Shown here: positions 47,625 through 63,299 of the stretch, piece after piece
Layout: each line of letters begins with the position of its first letter
Position numbering within the stretch: the first letter of the stretch is position 1
Assembly (NCBI RefSeq): GCF_009914755.1
Contig: NC_060938.1
Source of the DNA: the human T2T-CHM13v2.0 reference genome, Homo sapiens
Direction: 5' to 3' (one strand)
DNA length: 64,000 bases
Notes under the pieces: generated by a model
Told to the model about the DNA's origin: nothing
Database searches by the model: none
What the model saw: only the letters and a program-made list of their open reading frames with translations
Made by a program: the position numbers and the translations under genes

Positions 47625-48381
47625 GTAGTTGAGCAAATTCTGTCAGTTCTAACTTCAAAATATATCTGGAATCTGATTACTTCTACCACTCCTACTACCA
47701 CCCCACTCCAAGACATAACTCTAGCTCCCCTAGCATTACCCTCTAACTGGATTCACTACTTCTGTTCTTGACCCCTGCACTCTATTCCAGAGCGATCCTG
47801 TTAAACCTGATTCAGATCATGTCACTCCTCTGCTTAAAATCCTCCAATGGCTTCCCCCTCACTCATGGTAAAAGCTAAAGTACTTTACTATGAACTACAG
47901 GGTCCAACATCATTGGGTCCTATAATACTCTGACCTGCTCTCTCCATCTGCTTCAGCGATAACTGGCCTCTCTGTGATTCCTTAATGGTGCCAAGCAGGC
48001 TCCCACCTCAGGGCCTTTGCACTGGCTGTTCCCATTACCTGAAATTATCTTTCCCCACCCTAACCCCCACCCCCCAGACAACATGACTAGCTCCATCACT
48101 TCTTTCAAGGTCTTTAATCAAAAGATACCTTCTTAGTAAGGCTCTCCCTGGCTACCCCATTTAAAATGTTAACATTCACTTACCTGGCTGACATGTCACA
48201 TACCTCTTCCCACTTTATGCCTTCTCCTTAGCACTTGCCAGTAACATATATTTTACTTGTTTATCTTTATTTACTGTCTTTCTCTCCTACTAGAATGCAA
48301 ATATGCTATATCTCCAGCAACTAGTAGGTTGGCACATAGTAGGTATTCAATTAATATCTGTTAAATGAAAGAATAAATGAA
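47625..48381 (+). mobile_element. L2a-like 3' fragment
   Basis: cagatcatgtcactcctctgcttaaaatcctccaatggcttcc; cctcagggcctttgcactggctgttccc; ggcacatagtaggtattcaatt..gaataaatgaa. Confidence 0.8.
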
Positions 48382-49091
48382 CGGATGGTTTGGGTGCTTA
48401 AACCCATGACATGGTAGCACTGGCCTGTTCTCCAGCTGGGAATTAGGAGTCAGGCCTCCTGAAGGAACAACATTTGCGTGTCCACACCTCCGATGGTTTA
48501 CAACCCTGTTTCCCCCAGTGGACAAATGAATGGAGATGCATTCCTCACACTCTCATCGCTCCAGCCTGTGCCTTCTGTGCTACCCTTCCCCTCCCAAGCC
48601 CACACTACCTCAGGGATCTTCCTACCAACTCCAGTGAGGTTTATCTTGAATAAAGAGCAATTGTTCAACTGGCAGCCCTTACTATGTATCAGCCACTATG
48701 CTAAGCATTTTACATAGAATATTTTATTCAATTCTTATGAGACATGTAATATTATCCCCATTTTTCACAAGAGAAAATTGAGGCTCAGAGACTGCATTGA
48801 ACACCTAATTGGGTGATTTTCTCTTCTCTGAGAACTTTCACCTACCCAAAAAGATGGGCCCTTGCTGGCCTGTTGGTACCCAGCAACACCACCCTCCACT
48901 CCTCAGGCCAGCCCTGACTGATTGGGCCAATGTAGAAACCTGATTCTAGTGGGGCCAGTCAGTATCATTTTCCCAGAAATATGGATTTGGATACAGAGAT
49001 ATTTGTCCTCCCTGTTAGCCTCTTCATAAAGGTGGGACTGGAACATCAGTGTCTGGTCATAGGCACCCTGAGGCCAATCAAGAAAGAAGAA

Positions 49092-49455
<364 letters not shown>

Positions 49456-50736
49456 TCAGAGAAGCTAAAAAAACTTACCTAACACCACGTAACTTAAGAA
49501 GGATGAAGCTGGGACTCTAACGCCTGCACATTCCTATAACTGCCAAACCACTCAGACTTTGTCTTCTTCCTAGAGGTTGGCAGGGCAGAGGTGGAGCTTC
49601 CCCAGCAGATCGCACTGTCTCATTTCCCCTCCTTTCACGCCAGTACATTTTCCCAAGAAAAGCCAAGGTCAGAATCACCTCCAGGGCAGCCTCAAATGGG
49701 AAAAGAAGTTGACGACAGGAATGTATAGGAAGTAGAGAAGGGCAGCACCATTTTGGTGGGTAGGGATCAGGCAATGTGGGGTCAGTTTATGGTTTTACTG
49801 AGTCTTGATTCTTTTGGGGAGCAGGTGGAGCCAGCCCCTTCTCTCCATGGAGACACAGCCAGGCAGATGGGTTAGGTGAGCAAGTCACAGGCCAGGAAGA
49901 AGTGTGGGGACAGCTTAGCTTTTGAAGTGGGGACTTTGCCCATCAGGCTTCCAGGCCCAAATAAGTCCCCTCATCAAGGAAACTGTGTACCCCTCAGGCA
50001 GGCTTGCTCCAAAGATGCAGTCAAGCCAGGCAAAGACCAAGGAAAAGAGGGTCAAAGATCTCTCTGGGCAAATCCATTAGTGACAGCTGATCCCTTGGAG
50101 CCACTTGAAGTCTGCAGCTCCTGAAGCTCTGTTTATTAACTCTGTTTATTTCTCCAATTTGTCAAGTACTGTCTGCAAGCTCCAGCTTCCCTCATAAGTG
50201 CTCAGCTTCTATTCTGCCTCGCAGGCTTCACCAATTTGATTAGCATACTCTGCACTCCATCTTTCAAGTCGTTAATGAAAATACTGATGAATACTGGGAG
50301 TTATTCAGGTCCCTGGGAGGCCTCTCCTCCATCCCTTCATCTTTTTGCCTGGCAAGTAAACTGGAAGGGATGAATCCTCTTTTCAGATAGTCTTTGCCCA
50401 CTGTTCAAGAGCTTTTGTCTAATCTTTTCATTCATTCATTTATTCAATCACTCATTTATTCATTTGCTAGGGCTAGAGGCTTAGCACAGTCCCTGGCACA
50501 TGGAAAATGCTAAACAAATGCAAGCTCTTAGTGTTATGAGGTGCTGTGGAGAAACAGAGATGCACAGGATAGACCCCAGCCCTGAGCAGTAAGAATGGGA
50601 ATAAGAATTACAGCTGCCAATTTTGAAATACTTGCCAGATACTGGGCTACGTACCGTCCAGACAATATCCAGCCCAGGCCAGGTATCATCCACCCTACAG
50701 AGGCATTTGTTGGTAATGATTAAAAGGGAGGATTCT

Positions 50737-51080
<344 letters not shown>

Positions 51081-53324
51081 TTAGATTCTCCCTCCGTACA
51101 GTAAGGGTACTATTAGTTATTTCATAGGGTTACTGTGAGGATTTAAATTATTAAATAATACAGAATTGGTACTTGGAGCACTGCCCAGCATATAATATGC
51201 ACTGAACAAATGCTGGCAATTATTATTATTATTTGATGTAATACAATTACCCTTTATGAGGTAAGTGTTATTATCAGTGTTTTACCAACAAGAAAGCTGA
51301 AGTTTAGGAAGCCTGAGTAATTTGCCTAAAGTCCTACAACCAAATAATGGAACTCGGGTCCAAACCCAAATCTGATTCCAAATTCCATTTGCTTTATTAC
51401 TGTATGCTAGAAAGGAAGAAAACATGCATACATACATACATAATTATTTTTACAAGACAGAAAAGCAAATGAGACTGTAGAGCACAGAATATTTTCATGG
51501 CGCATAGTAGATTCTCAATGAATCCAGCCAAATAATGATGATGTTGATGATGTCAGTAATGATGATGACAAAATTCTAAAGTGCCATACTGAAGTTTTAA
51601 AAAATTGTTTTAAGATGTCACAGGACAGAGAGAGATCATTTATGAAGAGAGGAATAGTTGGAGACTTTCCTGGAAAAGGTGGCATTTGCAAAGGCCTTAA
51701 AGGATGACCATGAGTTGGACACAAGGAGAGAAGAGAAAAAGGCACCCGGGTAGAGGAAACTGCAGGAGCAAAGGCTTACAGACATGAATGCTTAGGGTGT
51801 GTGTGAAAAGAAAGAGCAAGAAGTTCCACTGGACAGTACGTGTTATATGAAAGAAAATAGTTGGGACTGAGCTGGAAAGGAAGGAGACACACCCTTATTG
51901 ACACATGAGGCCTTGCCCAAAAGACTGGTCAAAGCAGAGAGATTTCTCACACTTCAGAGTCTTCTGAAACTCACATTGGAGAAACAGCCATATGAGGGAT
52001 TTGGAGATGAGGAATGGGGTTTCTTCAATATTCAGGCAAGAGTAAGTACCACAATGCTTATGCAATAAAGCTTCAGTTTGAGGTGAGGGTCAGTTTGAGG
52101 TGAGGGCTAGGCAGGGCTGACATTCAGCCAACACATGTGTATCAATATAGGTTGTTGAAAATATTAAACTGCTTTTCCTCCAGGCTGGTAAATGGCACTA
52201 CCCTGAACCACCCAAGGCCCCTTCCCCTGGACTCCAGGACCTCCTCGACATCCTTGCATAAAAACATTAATTTCTGGCATTATTTTGATAATCACCCCTG
52301 GAGCTAGGGGACTTGGCTTGAGGATACTTTTGCATAGCATTTTACTTAACATTGAAAAACACAACAGTTTTATCAATAAATGGGTTGCAGAATGTAAAAG
52401 CAAACAGACCAACCGCTACACTCTGGCCTCAGATATTCCTCAAGCTAGATCCTTCTGGGGAACTAACTCTTTTCCTGCTGAGTCACTGTGGCTGCAGCCC
52501 TGCCCTTCCATGTGACTGTGTCATTTGGCATTATGGTTCCTCCTGAGCCCAAGGGAACTACAAAGGTCTGTATCAGGACACTGGGCATTGCCACTGTGCT
52601 AGGTGCACACACCTGACTGATCGTCTTGTGGGCTCCCGCATTTCCTGTTGCTCCAGGCATCAGATATATCCCTGGGATCCCTCCATTAGCTTGGCAATGC
52701 TATGGAAGTTGCCAGAAAAAGAATCCTAAGGAATTGGTTCTTGGCAAATCCTAAGGAATTTGGCTCAGGCATTTGTCTTCCTAATGAACTGGTGGGGAGG
52801 TAGCTGTGTTGGTACATCATCTCCAAGGCAGGATCCTGCCCTCTGAAGCTTGAGGTGAGAGCGGGGACATGGGGGGTGGTGGGGAAGCTTGGGACCTGCT
52901 CTTCCCTCTGCCATGAATTTTCTCTTTCTGCCCAAAGCAATGGCTTCTCTTAGCCCTGCATTTCAATTTGATTGCTCTCAGTCCCCACGGTCACCTTCCC
53001 CCACCCACAGCTCTTCACAAAAGACAGCCAAGAACAGGGAGGAAGGGATCCTGAGGCAGAGTCCCTTTGAGCCCAATTGAGGCTGGGGTCCCCGGGCAAA
53101 TCTGCACCCTGTGCAACTCCTGGGACTGCAGATGTGAGTGATGCCCCAGGATGAACGGTGCCCCAAAAGCCTTGAGCGGGGGAACCCTGTGTGCCATCTG
53201 CCACTTCTCCCTTGGGAAGATAGCCCCACCACTGAGCCAGGGAGCACCAGGAGGAGGTCCTGGATCTCTAACATCTGTCATCCTGCTGGGTAATGATACT
53301 GTGTCTTTCATAAAAGTCAGAACT

Positions 53325-53535
53325 AGCCTGGGCAACATGGAGAAACCTCATCTCTACAAAAAAAAAAAAAAGCTGGGCATGGCAGTCATGTACCTATCAG
53401 TGCCAACTACTTAGGAGGCTGAGGTGTGAGGATCGTTTGAGCCAGGAGGCAGAGACTGCAGTGAGCTATGATGACACCACTGCACTCCAGTCTAGGAGAC
53501 AGAGTGAGTCCCTGTCAAAAAAATAAAAATTAAAA
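53325..53535 (+). mobile_element. 5'-truncated AluJ-type
   Basis: agcctgggcaacatggagaaacc...gacagagtgagtccctgtcaaaa. Confidence 0.85.
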
Positions 53536-55597
53536 AGAAAAGCTTTCCATCCCTCCCTTTTAGAGAAAGCAAAGAAGACACATAGAAGACGGTAATTCAC
53601 ACACCTACAGGTGTGGCTGTGGTCACAGGCTTTGCCCAGGGACCTTTCCTGGGAGGGGAAAGAAAAGCCTATGAATTGCATTGAGGACCAGAACAAGGGC
53701 ACAGGATATGGAGGGAGGTGACAACGAAATGGTTTTTATTGGCAATCAGTGCTTCACACACTGCGGTCCCTCCTACCAGTCCGCTAGCAGGTTCCTAGGG
53801 AAGCAACACGTCTTCTATTTGGCCATGCACACACCCCCACACCCCTCTACAGCAGGGTGCACTTTCTGTTCTCCTGCATGGCTGGCTTGATGCTCACCCT
53901 GCAGCCCAGTGACAGGAGGAATGACATCACGCCTGCCTGTGCAGAACCTACCTTCCATTCCCTATCTCAACTGTGCTCTTCTTCTCCACAGTGGCTCCCA
54001 AAGTCTCAAGCCCACTGTGCTGATTTGAGCATTTGGCTCAGCCTTTTCTGGTCATCACCAACGTTCACCTGGCCATGCTGATGGCAGCACGCATGGATCT
54101 GGCCATTCCCACAGCCTGGTCACCCCATGGTGGCCCTTGATTGAGCTTGCCATGGCACGGAAGGGGGCCTCTCCTACTCACCGATCTCCTTATTGAGGTA
54201 CAGCACATTCATTTGTATTCATATGGTAGTAATACCTAATTTTTATAAAACTCCTCAAGTGCCAGGCACTGTCCAAAGTATTTACATACATTACTCATTT
54301 AATCCTCACAATCACATGATATATACTGTTAGCCCCAATTTACAGATTGAGGAAACTTGCCCATGGAGACTTTTGTTAACATATTCAAAGTTGCATGTAA
54401 GGAACAGGGCCCAGATTTCAACCCAAGCTACTAAGTTCCCAAGTGCATGTGTGTTCCAAAACATCATGCCATGAGGCTGCTGAAGATACACATGACTGGT
54501 ATCCAAATCCTTCCTAGGAATAGGCAGTGATGCTATGGGTGGAGAAGCATGGAGGAGGCAGATCCTGGAAAGAGGGTGAGCAAAGGGCACAGAAAGGGGA
54601 CACTGGGAGTCAGAAGCCAAAGGGGAACTTGGACTTCCCTCCGTTCTCCAAGGCCTGGCTCTCTTTGAAGATAGTGTGGGATGAGAGAGAGAACAGAATA
54701 CTAAAGAACAGAATGAGAGCAGGTGAGCAGTGGGCCCAGAGGAGAGGAATGCACACAGGCTGAAGGGAGAGAAGAGACAAAATGGACATAGCACGTCTCA
54801 CAAGCCAATGGGAGGAGCTGGGAACCCAGCATTAGCTGGAAGGTGCTCACCTTCCCTCTTGATGGTTGACTCAGTGCCGACACAGACTTTAGCTGTCAGC
54901 CTGAAAGCAATCAGCTCATCATTGCAGCCTCTTTATTGTCTAAATTTTTCTGAAGGCATGAGAAGCCACTGGCCTTTCAACAGGGCTACCGAGGACCTGG
55001 GGAAGAGAAGGGCAGGGAAGCAGAGACAGAGGCCAAACACAAGTGCTTCTGCCAGCAGGGTTCAGAGCACATCTGGCAACACCAGCTCCCAGCCCTGAAG
55101 CAGGCACCAGGCTACAAGGACAGACATAGACCAGGGACAAGGAAAAGGAAGGGCCAGCCCCAAAGCCCTTGGGATGCCTTGTCAACAGGCCAGTGTCCTT
55201 TGGAAAACACTCCAAAGGAAACAACAAATGTGAGACAAAGGATTTCCTTCCTCTTCCCTCATGTCGGAAATTCCCTGAGTTTCTTTCCTGGACCACTTGT
55301 CTGTCTCTATAACAATCCTACACACTGGTCAAAGTTTTTAAGGCCAAAAGTTTTAAAGGAAATGGAAAGAGAAGTAAGATTGAAAAGATGTGTCAGAGTC
55401 TGTTGCTGTCACTGTGGGAGCTCACTCTTTCTTGTCACAGTGAACAAAGCTGAGGAAACCAAGATTTTTCCATGCATTTGCTGGGGTTGGGACCCATGGC
55501 CTAGAACTAGGGGTCAGCGGAAAACAGAGCATGCCCATTAGACAAAGGGGTTAGCGAGAAGGAAGATAGAAGCAGATGCCAATGGGGCAGGGAGCTG

Positions 55598-55732
55598 TAG
55601 GGAAAAGAGGGGGAAGAGGGAGGGATGGGGGGAAAAGGAGGAAGAAGTGGAGGAGGAGGGGATGAGGAGGAGAAGGAGGAACAAGAGGAAGAGGGGAAAG
55701 GAGGAAGAGGAGGGGGGTGAGAAGAAAGAGGA

Positions 55733-55766
<34 letters not shown>

Positions 55767-55800
55767 GGAAGGGGAGGAGGAGGAAGGGGAGGAAGAGGGG
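55598..55800. repeat. Polypurine (GGA/GAA/GGGGA) low-complexity tract
   Basis: About 200 bp almost entirely G/A on the + strand. Confidence 0.9.
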
Positions 55801-56172
55801 ATGCACATGGAGAAGAGAAATCACCACTGCCTTGTCTGCCTTCACTTCTCCCTGCCTCTGGCATCCTCTACCTGCTGTCAGTCAAGTTCTTGCCACTGGC
55901 ACTTAACTTGTCTTCCCTTTATGGACCTCAGCCATCCACCCCTCCAGGTCCTTCCTGCCTCTCACCTGGACCAGTCTATGGCTTCCAATAATAGTCTTCT
56001 TAGCTTCAGTTTCTCCCATCTCCAGCTCATTCCTCTCACCACTCCAGGTTTAGCTTCCTAAAATATTATTTTCACGACATTATTCTCTATTATTTTTCAT
56101 AACTCCCTCTTTAACTTCCATTTCCCAATTTGGTGTAATGGAAGGAGCCCGAGTTTTTCATAGACGGGTCCT

Positions 56173-56379
56173 CAAGGGTTCTCAGCCTCGGCACAGTTGA
56201 TAGTTGGGGCCAGATAATTCCTCACTGTGAGACCTGTCCTGTGCATATTTACATGTTCAGCAGCATTCCTGCTACCCTTGAGTGCATCCCTCCCCACTCC
56301 TACTTGTGACAACCAAAAATTTCTCAACAGTGCCACATGTCTCCTGGGTGACAAAGTTGCCTCTGGTTAAGAACCACTG
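56173..56379 (-). mobile_element. MER20 (hAT-Charlie)
   Basis: Reverse complement of MER20 (ttctcagcctcggcac..ttgtgacaaccaaaaat..ggttaagaaccactg). Confidence 0.85.
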
Positions 56380-57020
56380 ACCTAGATTCAACTCCTGACT
56401 CTGTCACCTACTGACAGAGCTCCTTTGGGTAAATGACATAACTTCTCTGAAGCCTAGTTTCCTCAACATTAACACAGGGCTAATAATGCCTACCTTACAG
56501 AGCCATTGGGAGAATTAGATAAAATAATTCTAATATGTAACACAGACCTAACACAATACCTAGCACATGATAATAGCACAATGGGATGGGGCCCATTGTG
56601 TACAGTACAAACCGGAGATTCTACCATGGTTTAGCCCCATCCTAGATATATTAGAATAGCCATTTACTTGTTATTATAAGGAACAAAATAATAGTGGATT
56701 AAACAAGTAATAGTCCACATAAAATCAGTCCTGGCTGATAGAGTGCCCACGTGGTGTCTGGTGTACAGGCTCTTTCCAGCTTCATGTTCTGCCAACCTCA
56801 ACACAAGGTTTCCATCCTATGGTCTAAGATGGCTGTTCCAGCTCCCACCACCACATGTCTGCCCTTCCAGGCAGCAAGAAGGAAAGAAGGGTGAAAGGGG
56901 AGAATATGCCTCTTTCCTTATGTGGGTACCATTGCGGTGCTGTACACATCACTTCCACTCACATTCTATTGGCCAGAGCCTAGTCACATGATCACACCCA
57001 ACTACAAAGGAGACTGCGAA

Positions 57021-57367
57021 ATATATACATATATTTATATATATATCCATAGCTATATTATATATATATATCTCCATGGAGATATATATATATATATCCA
57101 TAGCTTCCACCCAGACCTCTTCTAAACAGCTTGTCCAAAGCACTAACAGAGCCAGCCATGGTGGTGTGCACCTGTAATCCTAGCTTCTCAGGAGGCTGAG
57201 CAGGGAGGATTGTTTGAGGTTAGGAAGTCAAGTTTGCAGTGCACTGTGATCATGCCAGTGTGGACTCCAGACTGGGCAACATAGTGAGACCCCATCTCAA
57301 AAAAAAAAAAAGTAATAACAGGTCTATTTGGTTATCCTCCTAGTACCATCACTTCAATATGCTCTAA

Positions 57368-57421
<54 letters not shown>

Positions 57422-57470
57422 CTTATATATATATAGTTTATATATATATATATATAGCTTATATATATAT

Positions 57471-57500
<30 letters not shown>
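57021..57500. repeat. (TA)n tract split by a 272-bp insert
   Basis: TA-rich at 57021-57095 and 57370-57500 (pure TA at 57370-57420). Confidence 0.92.
57096..57367 (+). repeat. Direct duplicate of 58986-59263 (L2 fragment plus Alu monomer)
   Basis: About 13 substitutions, one 9-nt deletion and an A-tail length difference over ~270 bp (hand alignment). Confidence 0.93.
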
Positions 57501-58531
<1,031 letters not shown>

Positions 58532-58985
58532 AAGATTCTACCTCCAAACAGTCACATTCTGCGGAACAGGAGGTTCTGACTTCAACCTATAAATTTGTAG
58601 GGGGGACACAATTTAGCCATAATAAGCATACTATAGATGCCCAGGAAATACTTCTTATCTATCTGATTAAAAGACTCAGAAAGAGAAAGGCTAATCATAC
58701 CGTTAACTAACTCCTGTGCACAGGGCCACTCAGCAATGTTTTGACATGTTACTCCTCCTCTTGCTTCCCCTTACAACTCAATATTCTCTTTGGCTGTTAA
58801 GACCACTCTCTCTAAGTTCTTTTCCTTCTTCTCAGGCCACTACTTCATCTCCTGAGTTCCTCTACCTCCGGCCATCCTTTAAAAGTCAGCATTCTATAGT
58901 CTTATTCTCCTCACTCTAAGCTCTTTCCACGGTGATCTCATGGACTCCACTGCTGCAATCATCGTTTGCATCTGATGGTTCTCAA

Positions 58986-59263
58986 ATCCATAGCTTCCAC
59001 TCACACCTCTTCTAAACAGCTTGTCCAAAGCACTAACAGAGCCAGCCATGGTGGTGTGCACCTATAATCCTAGCTTCTCAGGAGGCTGAGCAGGGAGGAT
59101 TGTTTGAGGTTAGGAGGTCAAGGTTGCAGTGCACTATGATCATGCCTGTCAATAGTCACTGGTCTCCAGACTGGGCAACATAGTGAGACCCCACCTCAAA
59201 AAAAAAAGCACTAACAGGTCTATTTGGTTATCCTCCTAGTATCATCACTTCAATATGCTCTAA
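58986..59263 (+). repeat. Donor copy: L2 segment with a FAM/FRAM-like Alu monomer (TSD aaagcactaacag)
   Basis: L2-like sequence continues on both sides of this copy only. Confidence 0.85.
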
Positions 59264-59322
59264 ACTGGATAATTTATCAATCCCCTACATCTTCTCCACC
59301 ATGATTCACTCTCCTCCTCAAT

Positions 59323-59355
59323 ACACACACACATACACACACACACACACACACA
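59323..59355. repeat. (CA)n microsatellite
   Basis: Near-perfect AC repeat. Confidence 0.9.
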
Positions 59356-60329
59356 TTGTTCCTTCTCTTAAGCTCATCTCAGTGAACCATATCACCATCT
59401 CCCCAGAACTAAAGTCTTCCTAAATTCCTATATTCAGTCCCCAAATCCCATCCAGTTTGACTTCTTAATACCTTTTTCCATCCCCTCTTCTACCAGTTTA
59501 CTTTGGGCTGCTGTCATCTCTCATTTAGATTACAAAAACAATATTCTTTCTAATCCACCTGCCTTTAACCCACTCTTTTCCCCTCAATCAAAGTGATTTT
59601 CTAAAACATAAACACAATGCTACCACTCCTCTGATGAAAACCTTTTAAAAACTTGCCATTGGCCTTAGACACATTTTCGAAGTCCTTAGTCGGGCAAAAT
59701 AATTCTTCACCCCTGGGTCCTTCTTCTCTACTCCACTTCATCTCCTGCCCACCCCCTACACACCTTACACTCTTTATTCTTCATTTACAGTTTCCCAAAG
59801 AGCTCTATACTCTATACCTCCAGCTTTTACACGTTTTTCACCATGTTTGGACGCCTCCTGGCTAATTTCTGTTGATATTGCAAATCTCAGTTTAGACATT
59901 ACCTCCTTGAAGAAGCCTAATCAGCCCTTGAGAACCAATTCCTCTGGATCTTCTTCCCTGGAACCAACTGTCTCCCTCACCTTCAGGCACATTAACCCCT
60001 TCCTGACAGCTCATTTCCTAACACCTGTGCTCCTCTTATACTTTGTTCATATATTTATTAAAGCATTCATTCAGCTTTGCACTGCTGCTCCCCCACTGTA
60101 TGCAGGCTCCTTGGGGACAGAAACTGTCTGGTTTCTGTGCTACAAGTCATCTGTTTTTTCTTCCATATCCCCTCCCTGCCCTTCTCTGCCCTCCTGTGAG
60201 CCCCAGGAGGCTGACCTGCAGTAAATACATAAATGGAATTCAGCCACTGCAGAGAAGAGGGTGAAGTCAAGGTCAAGGTCATCATTTCACCAGCTAGATG
60301 AGCCCTTCAACCAAAGCACAGCTTCTGCC

Positions 60330-60555
60330 CAGTGGCCCTCTCCATCTGACTCATTACTTCTGGATTCTGGGAATTGTCTCTCCCTTTATCCCTTCAGCCT
60401 AGGCTTGATAATATCTTCCTGATGTTACTGGCTCCAAGAGACAGCACTACCCCTTGTTTTCCTGCACTCTGCCCTCCCCTTTGAAAATAGTCTCTTTATT
60501 AAATTCTCCTCAAATTACCAATTACCCAATTTAAGTTTGCCAGGACCCAATTAAT
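60330..60555 (+). mobile_element. LTR33-like (ERVL) 3' fragment
   Basis: ccttcagcctagg..tgttactggc..cccttgtttt..aaatagtctctttattaaattctc..ccaggaccc. Confidence 0.55.
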
Positions 60556-60721
60556 TTCCTCTTTTAGTTTCTGGCAAAGATTCTAGCACATAAATGTTGA
60601 ATGAATGGATGAATGAATAAATGAATTGAGGAAAACAACTCAAGCCATTGCCTAGCTTGGCTTATTCATCCTCCATTTCACAAGGAGAAAAAAATGATTT
60701 CTCAGTTTAGAACCTGAAACT

Positions 60722-61020
60722 CGGTCTGGCATGGTGGCTCATACCTGTAGTCCCACCACTTTGGGAGGCCGAGGTGTGCACCTTATTTGAGCCCAGAAGT
60801 TTGAGACCAGCCTGGGCAACATGTCGAAACCCCTTCTCTACAAAAAAACACCAAAATTAGCCGGGGGTGGTGGCGTGTGCCTGTAGTCCCAACTACTCAG
60901 GAGGCTGAAGTGGTGAGATCAATTGAGCCTGGGAGGTCGAGGCTTCAGTGAGCTGTGATTATGCCACTCCAGCCCGGGTGATAGAGTGAGACCCTGTCTC
61001 AAACAAACAACAACAACAAA
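60722..61020 (+). mobile_element. AluJ-type with (AAC)n tail
   Basis: Dimeric Alu. Confidence 0.92.
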
Positions 61021-61859
61021 AGAACTTGAAATTCAAATGAGACAGTTTTAGGGTCAGTGAAGAAGGGGATCCTTGGGACGCTTTTGGCAGAAGGCAGGTC
61101 TGGGGAATGGGAAAGAGGCTGTTGGGCAGATGTCCTTTGCTATAGCAGTCCCTGAGGTTTGCAGGGTGCTGGGCTCCCCAGAGAGAACTGTATTTCCTGC
61201 AATGACTCTGTGCCATGTTGGGTGGGAATGATTCTCATGCCTTCCTTTTCTTTCTCTTGGGCTTTCCCCTAGAGAAGGGATTAGAAAATCACTAGATGGT
61301 TACTTCCTCCAACCTCCCACTCAAATCCAGCAACCTGAAATTCAAGCTCAAGAGGTGTGGGAGGGAAAGCCCAGCAATCATCAAAGCAGGAGACTCTACA
61401 TTCATGAGCAGATCTGGGCCAAGGCCACAGCTGGGGGGGCAGGATCCTCTGAGATGAGTCACAAACCACACACCCCTGTGGAGTCCTCCAATAGTCCCAG
61501 CACTGTTCAAGCTGGGAGGGACCTCAGTGCTCATTATACCATCAGAACCCGGCCCACGGAGGGGAAGCAATTGCCCAAGATCACACAGTAATCTGGGGGC
61601 AAAGGAGGTGTTAGAACCTAGGTCACCCAGTTAATAAACTTGCCATCTCATTGCCACACCACACTGCCTCCTGAGACCAGCGGATGCTTCCAAGATGTCA
61701 GGTATCAGCAGAAGGAACAGGCTCCCAAAAGAAGAGGCCAGACAGACAGTGCAGGTCTGCTGCGCTATGTGCTTTGGAGAAGAGAATTAGCACTAGTCAA
61801 GCTATGGTTACACACAAGGCCATGGCCATACATTGTTGGGGTCAATAGTACTGGTTCTG

Positions 61860-62052
61860 CAACACACACTGGGGCCTGTTGGGGGCAGTGGGGGAAGGAG
61901 ACCATCAGGATGAATAGCTAATGCATGCGGGGCTTAGTACCTAGGTGATGGGTTGATAGATGCAGCAAACCACCATGGCACACGTTTACCTATGTAACAA
62001 ACCTGCACATCTTGCACATGTACCCCAAAACTTAAAATAATAAAGAAAAAAA
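61860..62052 (+). mobile_element. Heavily 5'-truncated L1PA 3' end (~190 bp)
   Basis: acacactggggcctgttgggg..gcagcaaaccaccatggcacacgtttacctatgtaacaaacctgcacat, then A-tail. Perfect 16-bp TSD AATAGTACTGGTTCTG (61844-59 and 62053-68). Confidence 0.93.
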
Positions 62053-62653
62053 AATAGTACTGGTTCTGAGCTCATACAAATATGGGTCTGAATTTTGCGT
62101 GACCTTGAATAGGTGACCCAACTTTTCTAAGCCTCAGTTTCCTCACCTGTAAAATGAAGGTTAAAAGAATACTCGCCTCATAGGATTTTTGTGGGGACTA
62201 AATAAGGTGATTTATGTAAAGCACTTAGCACATTTAAAAGCTGGCACTGAATAAGCACTCAATATATGTTGGCCATTATTTTTCCCTATAGCAATGATAT
62301 TGTATTTAATTCTCATGCCATCCTTTTAAGAGAGACAGGACATGAGCTTGGTAAGTTACTTGCTCAAATTTATGTATTCATTTATATTTGTTAAGCTCCT
62401 ACCAAGGGGCTGGATTCCATTCTGGACTCTGGGGATATGGCAATGAATAAAGGCAACAAAAATCCCTGCCCTCATGGAGCTTTCATTGTAGTTGGGGCAG
62501 ACAGACAATCAACAAAAAGTACAAGTGAATTATATGAAATGCCAGAGGGAGATAAGTGTCATTGAGAGACATAAAACAAGGGAGATGATGGAGAGAGGGA
62601 GGGGAGGGTTGCAGTTTTAGAGAGAGTGGTCATGGAAAGCCTCCACATGATGG

Positions 62654-63299
62654 TGATAAAGAAGCTAAAAAGAAATTATTTAGGCAGTTGATGAGGGTAA
62701 GAGAGTCCTCAGTCAGGCTTCCCTTTTAACAAAAAGCAGGCCCCAAATCATTTCTTTTCTAACAAAGAGCCACCTGTAAAATCAATCTGCAGACATAAAT
62801 AAGCAAGCTGGAAGCTTGCATAGGTAAATGCCGGCAGCTGTGCCTATAGGAAAAGGCTACCTGGGGGCCAGGTGTGTTCAACATGGGAGGTTCCCTCTTC
62901 CCTTTTCTTTGTAACCACATGTGAAGTAGAAAGGCAGGCAACCCATGCCAGCCAGGTAGAGACTCCATCTGTATAATAAAAGATTAGGGTGGGATGGCCA
63001 GCTTCTTTGTGCGCTATGCGAATAGTGCACCTGGTCCTACCAATCTCGCAGGCCCTATGTAAATCAGACACCACCTCCTCAAGCTCGCCTATAAAACTCC
63101 ATGCATTTCACCACAGAACCAGAAAACCCACTCAGGAGTCCTTCTTTCTCTCTCTGTAGGAGAGAGAACTATTCTCTTTTCTTTCTTCGCCTATTAAATG
63201 TCTGCTCTTAAACTCACTTCTTGTGCATCTGCGTCCTTGATTTCCCTGGTGTGAGACAACAAAGCTCGCATATTACCCCAGACAAATGACGCCGCTACA
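62654..63299 (+). mobile_element. LTR9-family ERV1 solo LTR inserted in an antisense L2
   Basis: TG...CA termini, exact TSD ATGG (62650-53 and 63300-03). LTR9 5' motif gctaaaaagaaattatttaggcag. TATAAAA at 63090-96 and ATTAAA at 63193-98. Confidence 0.85.

Noticed and set aside
55507-56061. Glu-, Gly/Arg- and Ser/Pro-rich ORFs
   Set aside because: These are artefacts of the GGA low-complexity tract.
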